Assembly: GCA_044348705.1 (NCBI GenBank)
Contig: JBIKSH010000005.1
Span: 25,552-89,551, forward strand
Direction of reading: 5' to 3'
Source of the DNA: Rhodoluna sp.
GTDB lineage: Bacteria; Actinomycetota; Actinomycetes; Actinomycetales; Microbacteriaceae
DNA: 64,000 bases
Shown: piece after piece, positions 39,019 to 49,449 of the stretch
How the letters are laid out: each line of letters begins with the position of its first letter
How positions within the stretch are numbered: the stretch's first letter is position 1
Made by a program: the position numbers and the translations under genes
The notes under the pieces: model-generated
The model's database searches: none
The model's input: the letters and a program-made list of their open reading frames with translations, nothing else
What the model was told of the DNA's origin: nothing

Positions 39019-39726
39019 CTATGCGGTTACGAAAGTTCCAATCTTTTTACCCTTGATCGCGTCGGTGATGTTGCCCGATCCCTGCATTCCGAAGACACGC
39101 ATTGGCATTTTGTTGTCCATGCAGAGGCTGAACGCGGTTGCGTCGACCACTTTGAGCCCTCGAACGAGGGCATCTTGGTAGGTGATTTCTTTGAGCAGCT
39201 TTGCGCTCGAATCTTTCTTTGGGTCTGCCGAGTAAACGCCATCGACACCGTTTTTAGCAACCAGCACCTCAACGGCGTGAATCTCGAGGGCACGCTGGGC
39301 CGCGACGGTGTCGGTCGAGAAGTAAGGCAATCCAGCGCCAGCACCGAAAATCACAACGCGGCCTTTTTCAAGGTGGCGGATGGCGCGCAAAGGAATGTAT
39401 GGCTCGGTGACCTGCGACATGGTGATTGCCGACTGCACACGGGTGTCGACGCCGGCCTGAATCAAGAAGTCCTGAAGAGCCAGGGCGTTCATGACGGTGC
39501 CCAACATACCCATGTAATCGGCGCGTGATCTGTCCATGCCACTTTGTGAAAGTTCAGCACCTCTGAAGAAGTTGCCTCCACCGACCACAATAGCGATTTC
39601 GGTTGTCTTCGCGGCTTCGGCGATCTCTTTCGCGATTTCAGAAACGACCACTGGATTCACACCTAGACTGCCGCCTCCGAAAGCCTCACCCGATAGCTTC
39701 AAAAGCACTCTGCGCTTAGTTGGCAT
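39019..39726 (-). CDS. pyrH: UMP kinase
   Basis: ..[24 protein letters not shown].. 235 aa from ATG 39726 (GGAGG 5 nt upstream). The track start at 39759 is over-extended. Confidence 0.95.
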   Translation of the reverse strand: MPTKRRVLLKLSGEAFGGGSLGVNPVVVSEIAKEIAEAAKTTEIAIVVGGGNFFRGAELSQSGMDRSRADYMGMLGTVMNALALQDFLIQAGVDTRVQSAITMSQVTEPYIPLRAIRHLEKGRVVIFGAGAGLPYFSTDTVAAQRALEIHAVEVLVAKNGVDGVYSADPKKDSSAKLLKEITYQDALVRGLKVVDATAFSLCMDNKMPMRVFGMQGSGNITDAIKGKKIGTFVTA

Positions 39727-39760
39727 TTGATCCTCCATTCCGTTCTCTATCCTAGGCAAA

Positions 39761-39792
39761 ATAAGGAAAAAGGCTCGGTCATCGACCGAGCC
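39761..39792 (-). terminator. Rho-independent terminator after tsf
   Basis: The minus strand reads GGCTCGGTC-gat-GACCGAGCC (9-bp stem) followed by TTTTTCCTTATTTT. Confidence 0.75.
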
Positions 39793-39813
39793 TCATCCGT
39801 GATTTTTCGCTGG

Positions 39814-40641
39814 TTATGCACCGACGCGGAAGCGTACGAAGGCCGAAACCGTCACACCTGCCGACTCGAGAACCTTGCCAACGCTTTGCTTGTTGTCTTT
39901 TGCGAAGTCCTGCTCAAGAAGAACGTTCTCTTTGAAGTAACCGGTAACACGGCCTTCAACGATCTTGGTTAGAGCAGCCTCTGGCTTACCTTCGTTGCGA
40001 GCGGTTTCTTCGGCAATGCGACGCTCGGTCTCAACGGTTTCGGCAGGCACATCTTCACGACGAAGAACGCTCGGTGAGAACGCTGCGATGTGAACTGCAA
40101 CATCGTGAGCGGTCTCGGCGCTTGCGCCTGAGTAAGCAACTAGAACGCCAACCTGTGGAGGTAGGTCTTTGCTAGTGCGGTGCAGGTAGGCATCGATGGC
40201 AGCGTCTTCTAGAGCGGCAACGCGACGTAGTTCAACTTTTTCACCCATGATGGCGGCTTCGTCGTTGATTACATCGGCTACGGTGCTCGACTCTAGCGGC
40301 GCAGCCAGTGCAGCCTCTAGTGAACGAGCGTCAGCAGCAACGATTGCGTCTGCGATGCGGTCTGCAAGTGCAACAAACTTCTCTGCCTTAGCAACGAAGT
40401 CGGTCTCACAAGCAAGTTCGGTTAGATAACCCACTCCGCCAGAGACGCGGGCAACAACCAAACCATTGCTGGTGGTGCGACCTTCACGCTTGGTGACGCC
40501 CTTTAGACCCTTGAGGCGAAGAACTTCCATGGCCTTGTCGACGTTGCCATCGGCTTCGTCTAGAGCACCCTTGCAGTCCATCATGCCAGCGCCTGAGCGC
40601 TCGCGAAGAGCCTTTACGTCGGCTGCGGTGTAGTTTGCCAT
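39814..40641 (-). CDS. tsf: Elongation factor Ts
   Basis: [27 protein letters not shown].. 275 aa. The ATG overlaps the rpsB TAA by 1 nt. Confidence 0.96.
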   Translation of the reverse strand: MANYTAADVKALRERSGAGMMDCKGALDEADGNVDKAMEVLRLKGLKGVTKREGRTTSNGLVVARVSGGVGYLTELACETDFVAKAEKFVALADRIADAIVAADARSLEAALAAPLESSTVADVINDEAAIMGEKVELRRVAALEDAAIDAYLHRTSKDLPPQVGVLVAYSGASAETAHDVAVHIAAFSPSVLRREDVPAETVETERRIAEETARNEGKPEAALTKIVEGRVTGYFKENVLLEQDFAKDNKQSVGKVLESAGVTVSAFVRFRVGA

Positions 40642-41471
40642 TACTCTGCTTCCTTCTCTGCCTGGGCAGGTGCTGCAGCTTCGGCGACTGGTGCCTCGAC
40701 GGTCTCTGCGGCAGCGGTGCTCTGCTCTAGCAGTTCACGCTCCCACTCGGCTAGAGGCTCGGCGGCCTCTTCGTTCTTGGTGGTGCGGGCGATTAGACCC
40801 TCGGCAACTGCGTCAGCGATCACGCGGGTTAGCAGTGCAACCGAGCGAATAGCGTCGTCGTTTCCTGGAATACCGATGGTGACCTCGTCTGGGTCACAGT
40901 TGGTGTCTAGGATGCCGATTACCGGAATGCCAAGCTTCTTGGCCTCGGTGATGGCTAGGTGCTCTTTGTTGGTGTCGACAACCCAGATTGCGCTTGGGGT
41001 CTTGTTGACGTTGCGGATACCACCGAGTGACTTCTCTAGCTTGTCTTTTTCGCGACGAAGAATGAGAAGTTCCTTCTTGGTGAGGCCACTCTTGCTCGAG
41101 TCGTTGAAGTCCATGACTTCAAGTTCCTTGAGGCGGGCAAGACGCTTCTGAACGGTCTGGAAGTTGGTCAAAAGACCACCCAACCAACGCTGGTTGATGT
41201 AAGGCATGCCTACGCGCTTTGCCTGTTCAGCAATGGCTTCTTGGGCTTGCTTCTTGGTTCCTACGAACAAGATGCTGCCACCGTTTGCAACGGTGTCTTT
41301 GACGAACGAGTAAGCGCTGTCGATGTGAGCAAGCGACTTCTGTAGGTCGATGATGTAGATACCCGAGCGGTCGGTCAAAATGAAGCGACGCATCTTTGGG
41401 TTCCAACGACGGGTCTGGTGCCCGAAGTGAACGCCGCTGTCGAGCAGCTGGCGAACGGTTACTACTGCCAT
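40641..41471 (-). CDS. rpsB: 30S ribosomal protein S2
   Basis: [27 protein letters not shown].. from ATG 41471 (AAAAGGAG upstream). Acidic Ala/Glu-rich C-terminal tail. The track start at 41537 is over-extended. Confidence 0.96.
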   Translation of the reverse strand: MAVVTVRQLLDSGVHFGHQTRRWNPKMRRFILTDRSGIYIIDLQKSLAHIDSAYSFVKDTVANGGSILFVGTKKQAQEAIAEQAKRVGMPYINQRWLGGLLTNFQTVQKRLARLKELEVMDFNDSSKSGLTKKELLILRREKDKLEKSLGGIRNVNKTPSAIWVVDTNKEHLAITEAKKLGIPVIGILDTNCDPDEVTIGIPGNDDAIRSVALLTRVIADAVAEGLIARTTKNEEAAEPLAEWERELLEQSTAAAETVEAPVAEAAAPAQAEKEAE

Positions 41472-41666
41472 GGCAGTACTCCTTTTCGGCGCGGTGAAGC
41501 GCCACTCAGTTAAACGCGAAGAGAGGATTCTCTTCACACCTGGTGCCGCATAAGAATCAGCTAACTTTCGTTAGACCGAGTTGATCTTGATGTTGATCGG
41601 CACGCGAAGTCGGCGTGCTTTTAGAGGCTCATTTTCATGGGACTTTAGCGACATGCCGCTGAAAGA

Positions 41667-41672
41667 AGTCTA
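41667..41672 (-). promoter_or_regulatory. Candidate -10 TAGACT, 195 nt upstream of rpsB (implies a long structured leader)
   Basis: The minus strand reads cgcactgtTAGACTtctttcagcgg. A second TAnnnT (TAAAGT, 41647-41642) lies 20 nt downstream. Only TSS mapping can decide between them. Confidence 0.25.
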
Positions 41673-41769
41673 ACAGTGCGACTCCCCCGAAATCTAGCCA
41701 TTCTCGTGACTTTTGCACAGATTCTGATCGACCTGTTTGCTGGGTGTTTTCTTGGGCGATTATCAGTGG

Positions 41770-42342
41770 ATGTTCGACTCGAAGCGCCGCCTACTACTGG
41801 GTATTTTCGCCCTAACTGCCGTTTTTGGGGTTTTCGTCACCGAAAACCGAGCAGCCGTGGCCGACTACGATCTGCGAGCGCCATTTTGGAAGCACTCGGT
41901 AAGTCGAGAGGCTCTCTGGCTGCCCGTTCTTTCAAGCGACTTAGACCCCCATCGCAAGTTTCGACAGCCCGAAACGGCTTGGGGCGCTGGCCATCGAGGT
42001 GTTGACTACCAAGTCGGCGACACCGAGAAGTTGGTGAGCCCCACCGCCAGCGTTGTTCAATTCGCCGGGTTAGTTTTTGGCCGCCCGGTGATAGTGCTTC
42101 GACATACAGACGGCCTATCGAGCGAGGTTGAACCTGCTTGCCTAGCCAAAGACGTTACGGTAGGTCAGAGCCTGCAAGCCGGGCAGGAGTTCGGGCAAGT
42201 CTGTTTTGGGGCGAAAGGTGGGCACTGCGAGGGTGTCTGCCTGCACTGGGGAGTTCGAACGGCTACCCGAGGCTATCTCTCACCCGAGCGGTTCACCGGC
42301 GAACTTTCGCCTAGCAGACTTGATGCCCAAGGAATGGTCTAA
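41770..42342 (+). CDS. M23-family metallopeptidase (LytM-like)
   Basis: ..GHRGVDY.. and ..CLHWGVR.. (HxxxD and HxH-type region), with N-terminal anchor LLLGIFALTAVFGVFV. ATG 41770 is preferred over the track's TTG 41737. Confidence 0.75.
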   Translation: MFDSKRRLLLGIFALTAVFGVFVTENRAAVADYDLRAPFWKHSVSREALWLPVLSSDLDPHRKFRQPETAWGAGHRGVDYQVGDTEKLVSPTASVVQFAGLVFGRPVIVLRHTDGLSSEVEPACLAKDVTVGQSLQAGQEFGQVCFGAKGGHCEGVCLHWGVRTATRGYLSPERFTGELSPSRLDAQGMV

Positions 42343-43298
42343 GCCCTCGGATGCGCGTTCTGATAGCCAGACTTGAGCCGCTCTATGCTCACGTGTGTGT
42401 AAATCTGGGTAGTTCCGAGGCTGGCATGGCCGAGTAGTTCTTGAACCGCGCGAAGGTCGGCTCCCCCATCGAGCAAGTGCGTGGCTGCACTGTGCCTCAA
42501 CGAGTGCGGGCCTGCCGAGCCTCCGGGAGTCGCAGCGAGCAGATCGGCAACCACCGAGTAAATCTGGCGAACACCAACTCGTGAACCCTTGGAGTTCAAA
42601 AACAGGTCACCGCGCGACTTCTCGTTTAGCAATTGAGGTCGACCAAGCGACATCCACTGCTCTAGAGCGTCGGCAGCGGGCAGCCCATACGGCACCATTC
42701 GTTGCTTTGAACCCTTACCCATGACACGCAACAACTGACGACTCGAGTCGATGTCGTCTATCGACAGAGATGCAATCTCGCTCACTCGAGCACCAGTGGC
42801 ATAGAGCAGCTCGACTATGGCTTTGTCCCTAAGCCCAATTGGGTTGTCGGCAACCGCCTTAGCACTGAGCAGGTCGAAAATGGTGGACAGGGACTCGTGC
42901 GAAACAACCTTGGGTAAAGATCTGCCAACCTTTGGTGTTCGGAGTCTTAAACCTGGGTCTGTCTCTGCCTTTCCGGTGGCGAATTGCCACGCGGTGAAAG
43001 ACCTGATCGATGCACTTTTGCGTGCCATTGAGCTTTTGGCTAGCCCTTTTTGAGTTAGCTCAAAGAGCCAGTCACGCAGGTCATCGAGCGTGATTGCTTG
43101 GATGGAACCGTCGCGCTTGGACAAGAAGTCTGAAAACTCGCGGATGTCGGATACATAACCCTTGACCGTGTTCGCCGAGTAGCCCCGACCCGAGGCAAGC
43201 TGCTGCTCAAACTCGGCGATGGTCTTCTCAATGTTCACACTCTTGAGCGTAGTTTCACTTCGACTCAACGAACCCGATTTCTTGGTCGTTTCAAACAA
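42339..43298 (-). CDS. xerC: Tyrosine recombinase XerC
   Basis: ..ARVSE......D......L.V.GKGSKQR.VP......HSLRHSAATHLL..GADLR.VQELLGH....TTQIYTHV.. Its position next to dprA matches XerC in actinobacteria. Confidence 0.88.
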   Translation of the reverse strand: MFETTKKSGSLSRSETTLKSVNIEKTIAEFEQQLASGRGYSANTVKGYVSDIREFSDFLSKRDGSIQAITLDDLRDWLFELTQKGLAKSSMARKSASIRSFTAWQFATGKAETDPGLRLRTPKVGRSLPKVVSHESLSTIFDLLSAKAVADNPIGLRDKAIVELLYATGARVSEIASLSIDDIDSSRQLLRVMGKGSKQRMVPYGLPAADALEQWMSLGRPQLLNEKSRGDLFLNSKGSRVGVRQIYSVVADLLAATPGGSAGPHSLRHSAATHLLDGGADLRAVQELLGHASLGTTQIYTHVSIERLKSGYQNAHPRA

Positions 43299-43301
43299 GA
43301 A

Positions 43302-44504
43302 TCAGGTGGAGTTGGTTCGCGCCCAACCTCTCTGGCTGCTAATGGCCAACTGCGACAGGCTCAACTGTGTGAAGGCAACGTTGGCTTCGATAATGGTTAG
43401 ACCCGCCCTCTGCGCAACTTGGGCAGGATCGATCGGCCTCGTGGGCAAGGCGTCTAACAGCCTGATCTCGAATGGTCCCAGATTGTCGGCCGAGGCATCT
43501 TCGAACTGCGAAAGCCGAGAGTGAAGCCCTAGAAGGTTCAGCAGGTCATCGTCATCTTGAATTAGCTCGGCTTGGCCAGATTGAATGAGTCGGTTGCAGC
43601 CGAGCGAACTTGAGGCCGTGATTGGCCCGGGAATCGCACCCACCGGCCGACCAAGCTCGGTGGCGTGGTTCGCGGTGCTGATTGACCCCGAGCGTTTGCC
43701 GGCTTCGACGACGAGAGTTGCGTCTGTGATGGCGGCTATTAGCCTGTTGCGCTGCAAAAACCGCCACTTCGTTGGGCTCGCGCCAGGGGGCAACTCTGAG
43801 ACAACGGCTCCGGTTGCGATGATGGCTTCGAAGAGCTCGTGGTTGCCAGACGGGTATAGGCGATCGACTCCCCCGGCTAGAACTGCAACAGTTTTCAGAC
43901 CGGCCGCGAGCGCTGCGCGGTGGGCAGCTGCATCGATTCCATAGGCCCCTCCCGAGACAATCGAGATGTTGAAAGGGCGCAGCCCCGCGATCAACTCGCC
44001 CGTCACCCAAGAACCGTAGTTGGTGGCACCACGTGAACCCACTACCGAAAGCGACTGGCCGGTCGCGGCCAAGGCCATGGGTGAGCCCCTTCCCCAAAGC
44101 ACAGCAGGAGCCGCCCATCCGAGGTGATCAAGGTTTTCTGGCCAGAGTTCAGACTCGGGTGTTATCAGCCACGACTTTGAACGCTTCAACCAGTCGTGGC
44201 TCTGAGCCAAGGCGTTCGGCGTGAAGCGCGGCATCCAGCGAGCAAGTGCTTCACCGGCAACTCTCTCGAGATCACCAAAACGCGCAGTGCCATTGTCTTG
44301 AGCATTCACGCTGATGAGTTCTCGAACCAATTCGGCCGCGCTGCCTGCTTTGACAAGCTTCAGAGCCGCCGAGACCCCAAGCGAATGCCTGATGTAGCCG
44401 GCAAACTCGTCGCCGGGCTCACATAGGATGCTGAACCAGATGCCAGCCAGCTGCTCGGGGTGAGGTTGGGTGTCGGCCGTTATCACGTGCTGTTCTTCGG
44501 TCAC
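43302..44504 (-). CDS. dprA: DNA-processing protein DprA
   Basis: ..VVGSRGATNYG......ISIVSGGAYGIDAAAHRAAL..GLKTVAVLAGGVD..YP..N..LF.. Rossmann-like DprA core. 400 aa. Confidence 0.9.
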   Translation of the reverse strand: MTEEQHVITADTQPHPEQLAGIWFSILCEPGDEFAGYIRHSLGVSAALKLVKAGSAAELVRELISVNAQDNGTARFGDLERVAGEALARWMPRFTPNALAQSHDWLKRSKSWLITPESELWPENLDHLGWAAPAVLWGRGSPMALAATGQSLSVVGSRGATNYGSWVTGELIAGLRPFNISIVSGGAYGIDAAAHRAALAAGLKTVAVLAGGVDRLYPSGNHELFEAIIATGAVVSELPPGASPTKWRFLQRNRLIAAITDATLVVEAGKRSGSISTANHATELGRPVGAIPGPITASSSLGCNRLIQSGQAELIQDDDDLLNLLGLHSRLSQFEDASADNLGPFEIRLLDALPTRPIDPAQVAQRAGLTIIEANVAFTQLSLSQLAISSQRGWARTNST

Positions 44505-44514
44505 CGGCGATGCC

Positions 44515-46065
44515 TCAACCCCGACTCAGCGTGAGTTGACTAGCAACCCCCCTAAGCCAAAGCGCCTTTGCGACATCGCTCGCGTTCGGTTCGTTGCGAC
44601 CGGCTAGATCGGCGTTGGTCCAGGCGAGCCTCAAGCACTTGTCATAGCCGCGCATGCTTATTCGACCGCGCTGAAGCGCATCATCGAGAGTTTTGGTGCT
44701 ACCCGCGTCTATGCGCAGGTCTTTTCTCAGCACCGAACCAGACACTTGGCCGTTCAGGCTGAGCCCAAACGCACCTAAACGAGCCGCGGCTCTGCGCCTG
44801 GCCTCGGCGACCTTGGCACGCAGTTCAACTGACGCCTCAACTGCTTCCGAATCACTCGTTAGCACCGCAGCAGACACCGGCCTCACGGCTAGTTGGATGT
44901 CGAGTCGATCGAGTATCGGACCTGAGATTTTGGCGAGATAGCGCGCTTTGAGCCGCTCGGCACATTGGCAGGCCTCGGCTTTGAGTTGACCTTTGGCGCA
45001 GGGGCAAGGGTTTGCCGCCAAAACCAACTGAAACTTGGCTGGATATTGCACCGATGCCGTTGCCCGCGAAAGGGTAATGTCACCAGATTCGAGAGGCTGG
45101 CGCAAGGCATCAATGGTGACCGCGGAGAACTCTGGAGCTTCATCAAGAAATAAGACTCCGTGGCTGGCTAGCGATGCGAGCCCTGGCTTGGGAACCCCCG
45201 AACCCCCACCGATCACTGAAACCATCGAGGCGCTGTGGTGCGGCGCTTCGATAGGAGCCGCGTAATCGAGGGTGTCAAAACCTTGCCGGTTCACCAGTGA
45301 GCGCATTGCAGCAAGTTCGATCGCTTCGTCTTGGCTGAGCTCGGGCAATAGCGTGTGCATTCGCTGGGCAATCATGGTTTTTCCTGAACCTGGGGTTCCG
45401 ACCATGATCATGTGGTGGCCTCCAGCTGCCGCAACAACGGCTGCATCAACGGCCTCTGCTTGCCCCCGCACCTCAGACATGCATAGGTTTTGGGTTTCGC
45501 GAGTGGCCATTGACGGCGCGTTGACGATTTCGGTGCTTCTCAAAGCCTTGGTGGCAACACCAAACCCATTCAGCACTTCGCCGAGATGGCTGACTGCGAT
45601 AACTTTTATGCCTTCCACGCAGCTCGCCTCGGCGAGATTAGCGGTGGGCACATAGACAATCTCAAAGCCAGCCCGCGCCGCGGCAAGAACCATGGCTAAA
45701 ACACCACTCACCCGTCGAATCGAACCATCGAGTGCCAACTCACCGATGAAAACACTAGATCTGGTGTGTTGAATCGAAAACTGGCCCGCGGCACAGAGAA
45801 CCGCAACGGCGATGCTTAAGTCGAACGCCGAACCGTGCTTGGGCACTGTTGCTGGCGATAGATTCACTGTGATTCGACGCGCAGGCAGGCTAAACCCAGT
45901 GTTGCTGCAAGCCGACCTGACCCTTGACGAGGCCTCACTCAACGAGGCATCCGGCAGGCCAACCAGATTGAAAGCCGGAAGATTCGAAGAAATGTCTGCT
46001 TCAACCAAAATCGGAATACCCTTTAGCCCGAGTAGCGCCATGGCATATGCGCTGGCAAGAGCCAT
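44515..46065 (-). CDS. comM: YifB/ComM-family Mg-chelatase-like AAA+ ATPase
   Basis: Lon-like N-domain, Walker A GTPGSGKT, ..GVLFLDEAPEF.., C-terminal ChlI-like region. 516 aa. Confidence 0.9.
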   Translation of the reverse strand: MALASAYAMALLGLKGIPILVEADISSNLPAFNLVGLPDASLSEASSRVRSACSNTGFSLPARRITVNLSPATVPKHGSAFDLSIAVAVLCAAGQFSIQHTRSSVFIGELALDGSIRRVSGVLAMVLAAARAGFEIVYVPTANLAEASCVEGIKVIAVSHLGEVLNGFGVATKALRSTEIVNAPSMATRETQNLCMSEVRGQAEAVDAAVVAAAGGHHMIMVGTPGSGKTMIAQRMHTLLPELSQDEAIELAAMRSLVNRQGFDTLDYAAPIEAPHHSASMVSVIGGGSGVPKPGLASLASHGVLFLDEAPEFSAVTIDALRQPLESGDITLSRATASVQYPAKFQLVLAANPCPCAKGQLKAEACQCAERLKARYLAKISGPILDRLDIQLAVRPVSAAVLTSDSEAVEASVELRAKVAEARRRAAARLGAFGLSLNGQVSGSVLRKDLRIDAGSTKTLDDALQRGRISMRGYDKCLRLAWTNADLAGRNEPNASDVAKALWLRGVASQLTLSRG

Positions 46066-46424
46066 TAGGCCACCTGCTTCAGATGTTCGATGTGAACGCG
46101 ACCTTGCGATACCAGCACAGAGACTGCATCAAGCCGGAGTTTCAGCGCATGAACCTGCCGGTCGGCTCGCCACTGCGCAATGGTTTTGCGCATTTTTGCG
46201 AGCTTTAGCTCGGTGATTGCTTCAAACGGGTCACCGAAGCCTTTGGAAGAGCGAGTTTTGACCTCGACAAACACCCAGGCGTCTTTGTCGCGGGCGATTA
46301 GGTCTATTTCACCCGCTCGACAGGCAAAGTTTCGCTCAACTATTTCGTAGCCGAGAGCAGTTAGGTAATTGGCCGCAGCCTCTTCGCCATAGCGGCCGAG
46401 AATGTGACGTCGGTTGTTTGACAT
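46065..46424 (-). CDS. yraN: YraN-family (UPF0102) endonuclease-like protein
   Basis: ..G..GE..A..YL...GY.I..RN......GEIDLIA.D....VFVEVK.R.. 119 aa. Its TAA overlaps the comM ATG by 1 nt. Confidence 0.88.
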   Translation of the reverse strand: MSNNRRHILGRYGEEAAANYLTALGYEIVERNFACRAGEIDLIARDKDAWVFVEVKTRSSKGFGDPFEAITELKLAKMRKTIAQWRADRQVHALKLRLDAVSVLVSQGRVHIEHLKQVA

Positions 46425-46490
46425 GGCATGAACGATTGCATGCGGCGAGCATCCGAGGGGTTGTATTTCAAAAAGTGTGAATAACTCGGG

Positions 46491-46814
46491 CTATTCGCCG
46501 ACTGTGAATGCCTTTGGCAGTTCGAAAGCCTTGCCCGAAAGTTCTTCGACGTTGACGTCTTTGAACGAAAGAACGCGAACCGTCTTCACAAAACGGTCGG
46601 TTCGGTAGATGTCCCAAACCCAAACATCGCGCATCTCTAGCTCGAAGTAAAAATCGGTCGGGGTGTCGACTCGCTTCAGGTCAATTTCGTTTGCAAGGTA
46701 AAAACGGCGCTCGGTTTCAACCACATATTTGAACGTTCCGACCAGGTCGCGGTATTCGCGGTATAGCGCAAGTTCAGCGTTGCGGTCGTAGTCTTCGAAT
46801 TCGTTTTCGTCCAT
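46491..46814 (-). CDS. DUF2469-family protein
   Basis: MDENEFEDYDRNAELALYREYRDLVG.FKYVVETERRFYLAN.. It has the conserved actinobacterial position between rnhB and yraN. Confidence 0.85.
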   Translation of the reverse strand: MDENEFEDYDRNAELALYREYRDLVGTFKYVVETERRFYLANEIDLKRVDTPTDFYFELEMRDVWVWDIYRTDRFVKTVRVLSFKDVNVEELSGKAFELPKAFTVGE

Positions 46815-46821
46815 TGGAATG

Positions 46822-47505
46822 TCAGTTTACCCCTGCGCTCAGAATTTTCGTTAGCCAAGTTTTTCGATGCACAGCGCTCGGCCCAAGCGTTCGAATGGCG
46901 TGGATGTGCAGCTCAGATGCGTAGCCTTTGTGGCCTTCAAAACCATAGCCCGGATGCTCACCAGCAAGCTCGACCATCAGATGGTCTCGGGCAACCTTCG
47001 CCAACACCGAAGCCGCTGCAACCGACGCGCAATCGCGGTCGGCTTTCGCTCTCACGGTAACCGGCAATCCGCCCGTGTGACCCTCGAGCCAGTTGTGCGT
47101 TCCGTCGAGCAAAATCACTGCGCCGTCTCGCGCTATCGCCCCGGCAACACCGGCTTGCTCAAGCAGGCTCGTTAGGCCTCGACTGGCCGACAGTGCAAGC
47201 GAGTGCACGATGCCCTTTTCGTCGATTGCGCTGGCGTCTACCATTCCGACGCTGCCCGCGTACATCCAAGTTGCAATGAGTGGTTGAAGTGCTTCGCGTT
47301 GCCGCTCTGACAACAACTTTGAGTCGCGCAAACCGTCAGGAATCTCGGCAAAGTTTGCAGCTTGGGTGTCGATCAGCGCGACACCAACTGCCACCGGCCC
47401 AGCAACTGCGCCACGGCCAACCTCATCGATGCCGATTACGAAGCGAGCGCCGCTTTGGGTGAGCGAGCGCTCAAACTCAATTGTTGGGGACGTTTTTGAA
47501 GACAT
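46822..47505 (-). CDS. rnhB: Ribonuclease HII
   Basis: ..IGIDEVGRGA.AGPV....DSK.LS...RE......A.ASV.AKV.RD......YGF..HKGY.. 227 aa. The 5' end overlaps the lepB 3' end by 29 nt. Confidence 0.92.
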   Translation of the reverse strand: MSSKTSPTIEFERSLTQSGARFVIGIDEVGRGAVAGPVAVGVALIDTQAANFAEIPDGLRDSKLLSERQREALQPLIATWMYAGSVGMVDASAIDEKGIVHSLALSASRGLTSLLEQAGVAGAIARDGAVILLDGTHNWLEGHTGGLPVTVRAKADRDCASVAAASVLAKVARDHLMVELAGEHPGYGFEGHKGYASELHIHAIRTLGPSAVHRKTWLTKILSAGVN

Positions 47506-48244
47506 CGGGATAGTTATCTAGCCAAGCCCAACGCTCGAATGGCCATGACAGCACGAACGCGCGCCCGACCACGGAGTCTTTAGGCACAAAACCCTTGCTT
47601 GGCAAATCGCCGTGGAAGCGTGAATCTTCTGAATTGCTGCGGTTGTCGCCCATTACCCAAAACATGTTCTCGGGAACCGTCACGTCGAACTCTTTGTCGC
47701 TGGGGTTTACGCCTTCAAGAATGTAAGGCTCGGTGATTGGTTCGCCATTGATGGTGAGTTTGCCTTCGGCGTCGCAGCAGATCACGCGGTCGCCACCGAC
47801 ACCGATCACCCGCTTCACGAGGTGTTGCGACGAGTCTGCAGCGCTGAGACCGAATGCCTCCATGAACCAGTCGCCAAGGCCGACCAAGCCGCGAGATTCG
47901 ACCTTCTCAGGTTCGGTGTAGAGCCAACCGCCAGGGTCTTTGAAAACGACAACATCGCCGCGGTTCACGCCGATGAGGTCAGGCACCAGCTCGTTCACAA
48001 TGATTCGGTCGTCAATTTGCAGGGTGTCCATCATTGAGCCAGACGGAATGAAAAACGAGCGGATCAAAAAGGTTTTGATGAGCAGCGAAAGCACCAGCGC
48101 GGAAACCACAATAACCAAAACATCAACAAGAAACGCTGCAATCGGGTTGCGTCTGATTTTCTTGATGATCTTGGCCATCACGCCATTGCTCTCAGGCCTC
48201 TCTCGCCGGCTACGACGAAGTGGGGCTTGCGGCAAATCACTCAT
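47477..48244 (-). CDS. lepB: Signal peptidase I
   Basis: TM anchor, then ..IPSGSM..TL...D.I.V.. (catalytic Ser box), ..GD.VVFK.P.., ..KRVIG..GD.., ..V..GH.FVMGDNR..S.DSR.. Confidence 0.92.
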   Translation of the reverse strand: MSDLPQAPLRRSRRERPESNGVMAKIIKKIRRNPIAAFLVDVLVIVVSALVLSLLIKTFLIRSFFIPSGSMMDTLQIDDRIIVNELVPDLIGVNRGDVVVFKDPGGWLYTEPEKVESRGLVGLGDWFMEAFGLSAADSSQHLVKRVIGVGGDRVICCDAEGKLTINGEPITEPYILEGVNPSDKEFDVTVPENMFWVMGDNRSNSEDSRFHGDLPSKGFVPKDSVVGRAFVLSWPFERWAWLDNYPDVFKNVPNN

Positions 48245-48279
48245 GTTTTGAGCGTATCGCTAGCGAGGTGATGAACGAC

Positions 48280-48630
48280 TTAGGCGTTGTCGCGCTTTTC
48301 GCGAATCTTGGCCTTCTTGCCACGAAGCTCGCGTAGGTAGTAAAGCTTGGCACGACGCACGTCACCGCGGCTCACTAGCTCGATCTTCTCGATAACTGGT
48401 GAGTGCACTGGGAAGGTACGCTCAACGCCTACCTGGAATGAAATCTTGCGAACGGTGAAGGTTTCGCGAACGCTCTCGCCCGAGCGACGAATAACTACGC
48501 CCTGGAAGACCTGAACACGGCTTCGGTTACCTTCGATGATGTTTACGTGAACCTTCACGTTGTCGCCAACGCGAAACGCTGGGATGTCGCTCTTGAGGCT
48601 CTTGGCATCTACTGAGTCGAGGATGTGCAT
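48280..48630 (-). CDS. rplS: 50S ribosomal protein L19
   Basis: [41 protein letters not shown].. 116 aa. Confidence 0.96.
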   Translation of the reverse strand: MHILDSVDAKSLKSDIPAFRVGDNVKVHVNIIEGNRSRVQVFQGVVIRRSGESVRETFTVRKISFQVGVERTFPVHSPVIEKIELVSRGDVRRAKLYYLRELRGKKAKIREKRDNA

Positions 48631-48741
48631 TTTGATATCACAATCTGTTTTCGCGCGCAGGTCAAAAACATTGTTTTCGTTCGTCTTGAATTCCCGGTGG
48701 CTCCCCTGCGGCAGAGCACTCTTTATCCGAGCAACCTCTTT

Positions 48742-48771
48742 AGTCTGCCAGAAGAACTAGTCTTCGAGCAA
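48742..48771 (-). promoter_or_regulatory. Candidate rplS promoter: TTGCTC-18 nt-CAGACT, with TGG immediately 5' of the -10
   Basis: The minus strand reads cTTGCTcgaagaCTAGTTCTTCTGGCAGACTaaagagGTTGC. A 17-nt core (48760-48744) is identical to the one at 51035-51019 upstream of rpsP. The -35 lies inside the last codons of trmD. Confidence 0.45.
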
Positions 48772-49443
48772 GTCTGGGCGCACTTTTTTCGTGCGTTCGA
48801 CCTGTTGTTCTTTGCGCCATTTGGCAATGAGAGCGTGATTTCCGCTCAATAGAACCTCCGGCACATCGAAACCACGCCAGTTTGATGGCTTGGTGTATGA
48901 CGGGTACTCGAGCAGTCCATCCGAGTGTGACTCTTCAACCAGCGACTCGGCATTGCCGATAACGCCTGGAATGAGACGTGCAACGGCTTCGATCATGGCG
49001 ATGGCGGCGACCTCTCCCCCGTTGAGCACATAATCGCCGAGGCTGATCATTCGAACCTTTGCCTTGGTTTCAGCATAGTCGACCACACGTTGGTCGATGC
49101 CCTCGTAGCGCCCGCAGGCAAAAACGATGTGCTTGGCTTTCGCCAGTTCGGCTGCGGTGACCTGCTTGAAAAGCTCACCGGCCGGAGAAGTGAAGATTAC
49201 GATCGACTCGCCGTCAGCATCCAAGATGTCATCAAAAGCCTCACCCCAGGGCTCTGGCTTCATGAGCATGCCCGCACCGCCACCGTAAGGGCTGTCGTCT
49301 ACCGTCTTGTGCTTGTCGTGGGTATAGTCACGAAGGTCGTGGATGCGCACCTCGAGCAACTCTTTTTCGCGAGCCTTGCCGAGCAACGAAAGCTCGAGAG
49401 CGTTGAAGTAGTCGGGAAAGATTGTGATGGCATCGATGCGCAT
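48757..49443 (-). CDS. trmD: tRNA (guanine37-N1)-methyltransferase
   Basis: [12 protein letters not shown]......S..GKA........H.LR........H..VDD.PYGGG.GM.. 228 aa. Confidence 0.95.
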   Translation of the reverse strand: MRIDAITIFPDYFNALELSLLGKAREKELLEVRIHDLRDYTHDKHKTVDDSPYGGGAGMLMKPEPWGEAFDDILDADGESIVIFTSPAGELFKQVTAAELAKAKHIVFACGRYEGIDQRVVDYAETKAKVRMISLGDYVLNGGEVAAIAMIEAVARLIPGVIGNAESLVEESHSDGLLEYPSYTKPSNWRGFDVPEVLLSGNHALIAKWRKEQQVERTKKVRPDLLED

Positions 49444-49449
49444 GGATGC

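Noticed and set aside
41676-42005. 109-aa plus-strand ORF in the rpsB/M23 intergenic region and the 5' part of the M23 gene
   Set aside because: It is Arg/Ser/Pro-rich and out of frame with the M23 peptidase ORF, which has clear catalytic motifs. It has no SD and no motif.
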